Source: Candidatus Woesearchaeota archaeon
Lineage (GTDB): Archaea; Nanobdellota; Nanobdellia; Woesearchaeales; CAIVOO01
Length of the DNA: 63,326 nt
Assembly: GCA_038890975.1 (NCBI GenBank)
Contig: JAWAEZ010000001.1
Location: 1,819-65,144 of the forward strand
Direction of reading: 5' to 3'
The notes under the pieces were generated by a model that was not told the origin of the DNA, did not search any database, and saw nothing but the letters and a program-made list of their open reading frames with translations. Of the stretch, positions 56,148 through 63,326 are shown in pieces (position 1 is the stretch's first letter; every line of letters starts with the position of its first letter). Both the position numbers and the translations under genes were made by a program.

Positions 56148-56226
56148 ATCACCTCTTTACCCGTTATTATTACGGATTAATGGAAAGGTATCCACTTGTT
56201 ATTTAATAATAGTAGTATTTAAATTT
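56148..56226 (-). promoter_or_regulatory. putative internal promoter plus Shine-Dalgarno for the mini-pilin array
   Basis: Minus strand reads GAGGTGAT (56148-56155) 3 nt before the ATG. A/T-box aatttaaata (56216-56225) lies ~70 nt upstream of the start. This is the only sizeable intergenic gap in the 18-kb operon. Confidence 0.4.
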
Positions 56227-56246
56227 TTTGAATATTATTTAAATGG

Positions 56247-57230
56247 TTAACATACCTTACCTTTGTAGCAGCAGCTTGTGTACTGGGGCTTATCGTTAAT
56301 AGGTGTTTGGATAATGAGTGATTCGCATTCTAATAATTTTCCTTTATCATCTTTTATTTTACAGAGATTGGAATTACAAGAATCTACAAGCGGGTAATCG
56401 TAGTTTTCTATATGGATTATGTTATATTTTTCACAATCATTCTTGCTATTCTCAATAATGCTTTTACAACTATAGCAAGATGTTGTTTTTGTTGTTGTTG
56501 TTTTAAACTCGTACGCGCATCTAGGAACTTCTTCTTTATTGATTATATCCTTTACAATAGCGAGAGATACACAATAAGATGGATTTTTATTGTTTGCTTT
56601 TTCACAATTTGCAAAACCGCATTTAAGTTTTCCTTCATCAGACCAGCTTACACAAAATTTATGACTTTTTTCCGGGTTACAATAACTATTTATATCTTCT
56701 TCACTCATTTTTTCGCAATCAACAATTTTTTTAATTAAGTTTATGTTTCCAGTAGCCACTTCTGCCCCCTTCGTGTTCGGATATTTTTCTGTTAGCTTCT
56801 GAAATTTTTCAAGAAATTTTCTTAGTTCGTCTTGAAAATCTTGAATATTGGTTGTTCCTTCATATTGGAGTTTAGAGAATTCTTCGCTTATTTTATAAGC
56901 TTCACAGTTTGCTTCTGCTTCTCTTTTTATTTTTGTGTATTTGTTTATTAAGAGTGAATTCTCTTCTTTAAGATTTCTTATTTCTTGTTCTATGCTCAAT
57001 TTGGCTTGGCAAGAAGTGGGCAGATTGACTGATTTTTCTAAAAGCTCAGCAAACCTTTCTTCTGCTTCTTCACTTGTTCCTACACTTTTTGCTATGTCTG
57101 AAAAAAAATTTTTTGCAGGCGCATCTTCTTTTAAAAAAAAATTAAATATTATGACTGCAACAACAACGATAACTATTACTATTAAAGCTGCATTTTTTAT
57201 TTCGTTTGAAACTGCTTTTTTGTTTTTCAT
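56247..57230 (-). CDS. pilin-like N-terminus, helical middle, Cys-rich C-terminal domain (18 Cys by my count)
   Basis: MKNKKA/VSNEIKNAALIVIVIVVVAVIIFNF. C-terminus ...TTTTKTTSCYSCKS...SCCYKGKVC. SD GGAGGG lies inside the upstream micro-ORF (TAAATG junction). Confidence 0.6.
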   Translation of the reverse strand: MKNKKAVSNEIKNAALIVIVIVVVAVIIFNFFLKEDAPAKNFFSDIAKSVGTSEEAEERFAELLEKSVNLPTSCQAKLSIEQEIRNLKEENSLLINKYTKIKREAEANCEAYKISEEFSKLQYEGTTNIQDFQDELRKFLEKFQKLTEKYPNTKGAEVATGNINLIKKIVDCEKMSEEDINSYCNPEKSHKFCVSWSDEGKLKCGFANCEKANNKNPSYCVSLAIVKDIINKEEVPRCAYEFKTTTTKTTSCYSCKSIIENSKNDCEKYNIIHIENYDYPLVDSCNSNLCKIKDDKGKLLECESLIIQTPINDKPQYTSCCYKGKVC

Positions 57231-57383
57231 TTACCCTCCTATTTGTAGTATTGAAGCTAATTTATTCCAAAGGTCTGAAGCATTCCCCGATAAAATTGTG
57301 ATAATAACAATAAGAGCAATTATTAAAAGGAGAATTATAACCCACTTAGCAATCTCGTCCCAAGTTATTGAAGCTTTCCCCAT
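57231..57383 (-). CDS. unlisted 50-aa micro-ORF, Flp-like minimal pilin or single-TM peptide
   Basis: Own translation: MGKA/SITWDEIAKWVIILLLIIALIVIITILSGNASDLWNKLASILQIGG*. It falls below the track's length cut-off. Its stop TAA abuts the next ATG, and its last codons supply that gene's SD. Confidence 0.5.
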   Translation of the reverse strand: MGKASITWDEIAKWVIILLLIIALIVIITILSGNASDLWNKLASILQIGG

Positions 57384-57425
57384 TTTTAAATTACAAATTT
57401 TTGTTTTATTAAAATATTTTGTTTT

Positions 57426-58310
57426 TTATCTTGTTCTGAGGGATATGGGTAAATATTGGCACCCTAACTCTTTAAGTGTTTCTTCATTTTCGTAAGGTAA
57501 GAAGGATATCATCGCTATACTATCCGAGTTCCCCCCACTAAATATAGATGTTAATAATTCTAAACCTCCAACCACAACCGCCCCTCCTGTTGCCAACATA
57601 AACGAACCTCCAGCCAGAATCACTGCTATGCCTGTCCCTGCAGCAGAAATAACCCCCATAGATATAGCCCCAACCAGTTTATTTTTCTCAGCGCCAAGAG
57701 TAACTAACTTACTAAAAAAAATTTTTACTTCGTCAATAGTGCTCAATTTTTTTTGATAAATGAACACGACCGCATATTTTTTAGATGTGTCTATAACCCC
57801 CTCACCTACTTCTCCACTAATTTGTTTGGCTATTCCGTTGGTAAAATAAGTTACATAATCAACATTTTCAAAAGGAACATTATTCTCTAACAAATATCTA
57901 TTAAAATCTTTTATTTCCTTATTTTTTTCTTTAAAATCTATTAATGCGTAAACTGCGCAATAAGTTCCTGACTCTTGAAAAAGATCAATATTCCCTCTCC
58001 CAAAAACATCCCACGCTTCTGCCATCGTAATGGCTATCTCCTTTTTCATTTTCTCTGCTTGTTTTGGTATCTCTGGATTACCAGTTAGTGTTAATTCTAG
58101 AAGTGGGCATTCTATCGTGTAAGGTCTTAGTTCATAACCTTTAATGGTTGTTAGGGAATATAAAAGAACGGAGTTTTTGCATTGCCTCTTGTGTATCTCC
58201 CTCTCGTTTGCTTCTTTAACTTTTGAAATAAAAGTTAAATAAAATATCGCTGCAACTATTACAATTAAAAACCCTGCTATTATCTTCGTGCTAAGCGCTT
58301 TTTTGTTCAT
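57426..58310 (-). CDS. pilin-like N-terminus plus a C-terminal Gly/Ala-rich hydrophobic segment
   Basis: MNKKA/LSTKIIAGFLIVIVAAIFYL. C-terminus GAISMGVISAAGTGIAVILAGGSFMLATGGAVVVGGLELL. ATG at 58310 preferred over the track start at 58331. Confidence 0.6.
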   Translation of the reverse strand: MNKKALSTKIIAGFLIVIVAAIFYLTFISKVKEANEREIHKRQCKNSVLLYSLTTIKGYELRPYTIECPLLELTLTGNPEIPKQAEKMKKEIAITMAEAWDVFGRGNIDLFQESGTYCAVYALIDFKEKNKEIKDFNRYLLENNVPFENVDYVTYFTNGIAKQISGEVGEGVIDTSKKYAVVFIYQKKLSTIDEVKIFFSKLVTLGAEKNKLVGAISMGVISAAGTGIAVILAGGSFMLATGGAVVVGGLELLTSIFSGGNSDSIAMISFLPYENEETLKELGCQYLPISLRTR

Positions 58311-58311
58311 A

Positions 58312-59028
58312 TTAGTTAAGCAGCATTTCACATCCTAATTTTTCAATTTCTTTATCTTTTACCAATACTACTGCTGAAAAAGGTGTGCCTCCTATACTCA
58401 TTGAAGGAATATTAAAATATTTCTTCATTTCATCAGGAAACTTTAAATTAGGAGAATCTACAATCGCTACGAAAACAACATAATAATTTGAGGATGTGGA
58501 TATTGGCTCTTCAAAATAATATCTTTTCTCTTCATTAAAAGATAAAAAATCTGAATAAGAGAATTGAGCTCCTGTTGGAATATTCTTATCAAGCCAATCT
58601 TTCATATTTTCTATTGTGAGACCTTTTTTCTCAAAATAAATAATTGAACATAACAAACATGCTTGGTCGTCGGCGCCAATAAATTTATTCGTAAAATCAT
58701 AATATTTTCCTTTTCCCATTTTGTACCAACAATCATACATAGCATCTGCTATTTTTCTAGAAATATAATTTTTAATTTTATCATCTTCTTTCGGCAGTTC
58801 TGAATTTTTTATGTATATGTATTGCATTGGGCAATCTAAATTAAATATGGTCTCTTTACCTCCTATTTTCGCGGCTTGCTCCGCTTCAACACTTAACCTA
58901 CAATACTCTCTTATATTTGTTTTTTTTAAATAAAAATTTATTTTGTTAGTAAGAACTAAAATTATTATAAATACTACTATTAGGATTATTAATGTCAGTA
59001 GGCTTACCTGCACTGCTTTTTTTCTCAT
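58312..59028 (-). CDS. pilin-like protein, 238 aa
   Basis: MRKKA/VQVSLLTLIILIVVFIIILVL. Confidence 0.6.
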   Translation of the reverse strand: MRKKAVQVSLLTLIILIVVFIIILVLTNKINFYLKKTNIREYCRLSVEAEQAAKIGGKETIFNLDCPMQYIYIKNSELPKEDDKIKNYISRKIADAMYDCWYKMGKGKYYDFTNKFIGADDQACLLCSIIYFEKKGLTIENMKDWLDKNIPTGAQFSYSDFLSFNEEKRYYFEEPISTSSNYYVVFVAIVDSPNLKFPDEMKKYFNIPSMSIGGTPFSAVVLVKDKEIEKLGCEMLLN

Positions 59029-59165
59029 CTAAGCACCTTCAAAACATAATTCCTAAATATTATCATTAGTATGATAAAAATAACTATTGCTATTGTTATC
59101 CACATCAAGGTTGTCATAAGCCCTGTTTCTTGTTCAATTTCTTGTGCCTTTTTATTTAACTGCAT
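59025..59165 (-). CDS. 46-aa single-TM micro-protein (short version of the 74-aa track ORF)
   Basis: MQLNKKAQEIEQETGLMTTLMWITIAIVIFIILMIIFRNYVLKVLR. The longer track ORF would overlap the upstream gene by 94 nt. Confidence 0.45.
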   Translation of the reverse strand: MQLNKKAQEIEQETGLMTTLMWITIAIVIFIILMIIFRNYVLKVLR

Positions 59166-59713
59166 AAGGATAATTCCACCGTCAGTGTTTGGGGGTATAA
59201 CGGAAGATAATAAAAATCCTTTTGGATGTACTGGCTCTCCTCTATACATTTTTCAATACCATAAGATATGTGTATTTGGGGATTTTCTTTGCTTATATAC
59301 GCCATAAACTCATATTTTTTATTCCAAACTTTTAATGTGTTGTTGAGCAAATTTTCTATTATTGTTGACAAATAACTACAGACATAACTTTCTTCTATAT
59401 AAATATCCCCTTCAACACCTCCTCCGCAGATTCTGCAACTAGTAGTTTCTTGCCCTGCGGGAGCGCACCTACCGCAATCTATCAGCAAAGTGCTAATTCT
59501 ATCGTTATTACAATTCGTAGAGGTTGAAAGTAACGCGCCTAAGATATTAGTTGCCATTTGTTTTTCTGAAAACTCTCTTTTTTGTTCTGTAACCCTTGTA
59601 CGTTTCATAGTATTGCTAACTAAAATTAGTATTCCTATTGATAATATTATAACTACTATTGCTATTCCCAACATCTCCGTCTGAGATTTTTTTTTATTCC
59701 TAAATTTTATCAT
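59156..59713 (-). CDS. pilin-like protein, 185 aa, with a 4-Cys cluster
   Basis: RNKKKS/QTEMLGIAIVVIILSIGILILV. Cys cluster CNNDRISTLLIDCGRCAPAGQETTSCRICGGG. Confidence 0.65.
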   Translation of the reverse strand: MIKFRNKKKSQTEMLGIAIVVIILSIGILILVSNTMKRTRVTEQKREFSEKQMATNILGALLSTSTNCNNDRISTLLIDCGRCAPAGQETTSCRICGGGVEGDIYIEESYVCSYLSTIIENLLNNTLKVWNKKYEFMAYISKENPQIHISYGIEKCIEESQYIQKDFYYLPLYPQTLTVELSLCS

Positions 59714-59715
59714 TT

Positions 59716-60237
59716 TTATCTTTGTTTGACATAAACAGCTACATTAGCGTAACCGAATGAAAAACGCATTTCTATAGGATTATAAATAGCAATTGGTATT
59801 TGCGTTGTTATATAACCTGAAATGTTCCCGCCAGTAAAATCGTAAATATTCCATTCCTTTTTTACAGGATACATCGAATAAATTGTTATATTTGCAAAAC
59901 CAAAAGAATTAAAATAGTGTTGAATAGCTCCTTGGTCTTTTTCTTCCATTATAATTTTTTGCATTGCTTCTATTTTATAAACATCAAAACAGCTAAATTT
60001 TATAACTTCTAATATAGAGCATTGAAGTTCTGGAAGAAAAGAAACCGTCTGGGCCACTCTTATTGCTCTTGAAATTATATCAACTTCTTGTTGCTCTTTT
60101 ATAGATGTCTGGCTGTACCTTGACCAAAAAATCATACCCATTATTACTAAAACAAAAAATATCAAAAGCACTGCTACACTCTCGCCTATTTTTATTTGCG
60201 ACTTCTTCTTTGCTTTCTTTATTTTTATAAACCTCAT
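59716..60237 (-). CDS. pilin-like protein, 173 aa
   Basis: KKAKKKS/QIKIGESVAVLLIFFVLVIMGMIF (Q at +1 and E at +6). Confidence 0.65.
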   Translation of the reverse strand: MRFIKIKKAKKKSQIKIGESVAVLLIFFVLVIMGMIFWSRYSQTSIKEQQEVDIISRAIRVAQTVSFLPELQCSILEVIKFSCFDVYKIEAMQKIIMEEKDQGAIQHYFNSFGFANITIYSMYPVKKEWNIYDFTGGNISGYITTQIPIAIYNPIEMRFSFGYANVAVYVKQR

Positions 60238-60259
60238 TTTTTATATAGCTTATATTTTT

Positions 60260-61300
60260 TTAATAAACTGCTGCACATGATTTTTCAAGCACTTGGCGGT
60301 TAATGTTGTTTATTATTGTCATTTTGTTTGTTATCTTTTCTATATCCGGCGGTGTTGAATTTGCTGCTTCTACAATTTCTAAAATGTCGCTGTACGCTCT
60401 TGATACCGACTTACAATCAGGATTATCTTTGTAGTCCATTTCTAAATTTTTTTCTCGCTCAGCGTATATCTGGCTAACATAGAGCAATCTCTTAAAAGCT
60501 TTATAATATGAACAATTAAATAATTCTCTATTTTCGGAAAATACTGCTCCATACTTAAGAGGATCCCCTACTATTGTTATAGGAAGATAGCCAAACTCTT
60601 GTAATTTATTTCCTTTCTTAACAAAAAATCTAACAGCATCATTAGGGTAATTTATTAGCTGGACTGCACTAACGCTGTCATCGCCCATATTCTTAATAAA
60701 ATTTGGGAGAAAATCATTATTCGTTATTGTTGATACGGGTGTATCTTCAAAAAATATTAGTTTTATTTTATAATTATTTTTGTCTCCTAAGTTTTTAAAA
60801 TCTCTATAGTTTATAACTTCCTTGGTAATGTTATCTGGGAGGGCTAAAAAAAGTTCTTCAGCAGACCTCTTTGCGGTATTATAGTAAATAACGTATCTTA
60901 CATTCTCAGTTGTCATATAAAGAAAATTAGCTGTTTTATAGGGGACATTCCAATCTTGGCTCCACACAATCATCTGCCTGCCTTTTAATAAATCCGGTCC
61001 GAAAACAATTCTGTCCTGAAACTGCTTATCAATTCCTAATGCTGTTATCCTATCACACCCGAGATTGAAATCTATTTTAGGCATGTCAAAAATTTGACCT
61101 GTTTTGGGTATTGTAAGAGCTCCGCTTATTATTAGGTCTATTTTTCCTAGGATGTCAAATGCTAGTTTTTTATCTGCTGCTTTTTTTTGAGCATCAACTA
61201 CTGCTATGAAAAACAGTAGTATAATTGCCCCTACTATGAGTATAAAAACCCAGTTAAACTGGACTTCTATCTGAGATTTTTTTTGTTTTCCGTAGAACAT
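60260..61300 (-). CDS. pilin-like protein, ~346 aa
   Basis: MFYGKQKKS/QIEVQFNWVFILIVGAIILLFFIAV. ATG at 61300 preferred over the track start at 61342. Confidence 0.65.
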   Translation of the reverse strand: MFYGKQKKSQIEVQFNWVFILIVGAIILLFFIAVVDAQKKAADKKLAFDILGKIDLIISGALTIPKTGQIFDMPKIDFNLGCDRITALGIDKQFQDRIVFGPDLLKGRQMIVWSQDWNVPYKTANFLYMTTENVRYVIYYNTAKRSAEELFLALPDNITKEVINYRDFKNLGDKNNYKIKLIFFEDTPVSTITNNDFLPNFIKNMGDDSVSAVQLINYPNDAVRFFVKKGNKLQEFGYLPITIVGDPLKYGAVFSENRELFNCSYYKAFKRLLYVSQIYAEREKNLEMDYKDNPDCKSVSRAYSDILEIVEAANSTPPDIEKITNKMTIINNINRQVLEKSCAAVY

Positions 61301-61301
61301 A

Positions 61302-61790
61302 TTAAGGCAGGGATATTTTTGCTTTATCACCGAACCCCTCAATTCTCACAGCAATCGTGCCTTGTTTAACAGGAAAACAGAGGAAACCTCCATTGTCACT
61401 GACCCATAATTTATCAATATAAAAAGGAACCCCATCTGGAAGAGGGAACACATTATTGTTTACTTTATCAGCAACGCTGTTTGCTATAATTGGGTACTTT
61501 AAGCTGTCTATGGGGCTTGCGTCGCCTCTTGCTATTAGAGAGGGATCAACAAAACATACCTCTGTAAATTTAACAGGCACAGAAAATGACTCTACTCTAA
61601 CAGTGCCGTAGTCAGAGCTTGTATAAACTATTGTATCTCCAATATTTCTTTGAAATTTGACTAATGCGAGTTGCTCCTGTTTTTTTCCTATATTTTTAAC
61701 TGCTGCGTAACCATAATAAAGAATAAGTACAACTATTATCGTTGAGATTATATAAATAAAAATCTGACCTATTTGTGATTTCTTCTTCAT
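61302..61790 (-). CDS. pilin-like protein, 162 aa
   Basis: MKKKS/QIGQIFIYIISTIIVVLILYYGY. Confidence 0.65.
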   Translation of the reverse strand: MKKKSQIGQIFIYIISTIIVVLILYYGYAAVKNIGKKQEQLALVKFQRNIGDTIVYTSSDYGTVRVESFSVPVKFTEVCFVDPSLIARGDASPIDSLKYPIIANSVADKVNNNVFPLPDGVPFYIDKLWVSDNGGFLCFPVKQGTIAVRIEGFGDKAKISLP

Positions 61791-61801
61791 TTTTAATCGG
61801 C

Positions 61802-63326
61802 TTATCTATTTTTATTATTCTTTTTCTGTAATTTTTCAAGTTTTTCAGGGGATTTCCCTTTTCCTATTTTTTCAAGTTTTTCGAATGCTTCTTCTTCCTT
61901 AATTTTTTCTAATTTTTCAAAAACTTCCTCTCTCTTTTTTTCTAATTCTTCAAGGCGCTTAAATTCGTCTTTTTGTATTGTTAGTGGTTGTTTTGGAATT
62001 ACCCTCTTAGGCATTGGCTTTAATTTTTGAATGATTCTCGGCAGTATTACCTTCTGCGCAGGTTGTTGCATTTTCTTAGAGTTCTCTTCTCTTAACTCTC
62101 TTGGTTTTCCAAAAATTCCAAAAATTTTTTCTCTTTCAATTTCTTTTTGCGCTCTTTCCTTTTCTTTTCTCGCTTCTAATTTAATCTTTTCTACAATAGA
62201 AAGCGGTTTTGTTTTCTGCCCTTCCTTAACGGCTGGTGTTCGTAGTTGTTGTGGTGCCGGCTTAGGTTCCTCTTTTTTAGTCGCTTTTTTAACATAATAT
62301 TTCTTATAAAATAAATAACCAGAACCTCCTGATGTGGATAATAAACCAACAATTAATATTAGTATTTTTATTATTTTCAATAAGGTTAGGCCCCTTATTT
62401 CTGCCTCGCTTATTATCGAAACATTACCCTCTATTGGTGGCTGTACGCATTCTTTCGCGAAACATTTGCCTGATAAACAATCAGAATCTACTAAACAGTA
62501 TTTTCCTACACTACATTTTGGACAATCAACGCCGCCACAATCAACATCAGTTTCGTAACCATTTTTCAAAGAATCGTTACACAAATGAATTGCGCATATT
62601 TTATTCACACTACAATAATTTGTTATGCAATCGTTATCTGAGCCGCATCTTTGGTTAATTTCGCATTTTGCACAATCAATGCCGCCACAATCAACATCAG
62701 TTTCGTAACCATTTTTTATCCCATCATCACAAGAAGGCTGTTTGCATATTCCGTTAGCACAAAATAAAGATAGACAATCTGAATCTATACCGCAGGTTTT
62801 TTCAATATCACATCTTCGGCAGGTACCTCTTCCGCCACAATCAACATCAGTTTCTTCGTAATCTTTTATATTATTCGAACAGTGGTCAGCGGCTATAATT
62901 TCTATCTTTTCGTTTCCTCTTGCTTTGTTACCTGCAATGTCTTGTGCTTCGTAACAAAAATAAGATGTTGAAGAAACACTAACAAGATATGCTTCTCTTT
63001 GGGTATCATATTCCAAAGGCGACATTGTACCGATACAACTAGGACTGTTAGATATTAAATATCGATAGGATGAATTATCACATCTTGTTTCTGCGTCTAT
63101 ACAAACAAAAGAAACTTCCACGCCGGAGGGGGTTAAGTTTCTCTTTAGAAATATTGATGGTGGTTTATTATCGCAAAGTACGCCTGATTCGTCATAAATT
63201 ATTATATTGCCCGATCCTACATCTCCTTCAATCCCAACATTGTTTACGGCTCTTGCTGAAAAACCGTAACTAGCCGCGTTTGTAAGATTTAGTTTATTGC
63301 CTTTTTCATCCCTATCCACGGACAGT
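61802..63326 (-). CDS. large surface protein, partial (N-terminus off the right edge): Ig/Fn3-like segment, three Cys-rich 50-aa repeats, one TM helix, K/E-rich cytoplasmic tail
   Basis: The frame is open through 63326; the track start at 63319 is a GTG. ...EAQDIAGNKA..., then 3x (NGYETDVDCGG..C..C....C..D.DC.S..C....C), TM LLKIIKILILIVGLLSTSGGSGYLFY, and a tail with an EKLEK periodicity. Confidence 0.7.
   Translation of the reverse strand, partial: LSVDRDEKGNKLNLTNAASYGFSARAVNNVGIEGDVGSGNIIIYDESGVLCDNKPPSIFLKRNLTPSGVEVSFVCIDAETRCDNSSYRYLISNSPSCIGTMSPLEYDTQREAYLVSVSSTSYFCYEAQDIAGNKARGNEKIEIIAADHCSNNIKDYEETDVDCGGRGTCRRCDIEKTCGIDSDCLSLFCANGICKQPSCDDGIKNGYETDVDCGGIDCAKCEINQRCGSDNDCITNYCSVNKICAIHLCNDSLKNGYETDVDCGGVDCPKCSVGKYCLVDSDCLSGKCFAKECVQPPIEGNVSIISEAEIRGLTLLKIIKILILIVGLLSTSGGSGYLFYKKYYVKKATKKEEPKPAPQQLRTPAVKEGQKTKPLSIVEKIKLEARKEKERAQKEIEREKIFGIFGKPRELREENSKKMQQPAQKVILPRIIQKLKPMPKRVIPKQPLTIQKDEFKRLEELEKKREEVFEKLEKIKEEEAFEKLEKIGKGKSPEKLEKLQKKNNKNR
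62435..62884. repeat. three in-frame 150-bp tandem repeats (coding, Cys-rich module)
   Basis: ccgccacaatcaacatcagtttc recurs at 62532, 62682 and 62832, an exact 150-nt period. Confidence 0.85.

Noticed and set aside
62435-62884. Regular 150-bp repeats, considered as a CRISPR-like or satellite array
   Set aside because: The repeats are in frame within a long ORF and encode a conserved Cys-rich protein module. There is no repeat-spacer structure.

Overview
All calls come from reading the sequence and the supplied ORF track by eye; no searches were run. The window is a visibly AT-rich, tightly packed archaeal segment. Archaeal markers are topoisomerase VI A/B, GatDE plus GatCAB, MBF1, RadB, Cdc48, deoxyhypusine synthase, a Rio1-KH pair, an RPA-like OB-fold protein, and five tRNA genes, four of them with introns. 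Small genes, lysine-rich tails and many orphan ORFs suggest a DPANN-like small-genome archaeon. Positions 1-45.5 kb are mainly housekeeping genes. They also hold a 5-kb membrane glycosylation cluster and several RNA oddities: a two-intron tRNA-Arg, a tRNA-Thr with an intron in the anticodon stem, and a tRNA-Cys-derived fragment. Positions 45.6-63.3 kb, running off the right edge, form one minus-strand operon of at least 21 genes and are the main finding. Most of its products start with class III (type IV prepilin-like) signal peptides. They include five tandem mini-pilins with six-cysteine heads, two micro-ORFs missing from the track, and large cysteine-rich proteins. The 3' end of the operon encodes bacterial-type murein enzymes: an SLT lytic transglycosylase, an apparently inactive amidase_3-like protein, and a 1698-aa protein. 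That giant protein combines a metallophosphoesterase, two phosphodiester-glycosidase-like domains, an M15/VanY-like peptidase and Fn3-like modules. Archaea have no murein, so I interpret the locus as a candidate pilus- or fibre-linked apparatus for attaching to or breaching a bacterial cell wall. No pilus ATPase, platform protein or prepilin peptidase lies inside the window.
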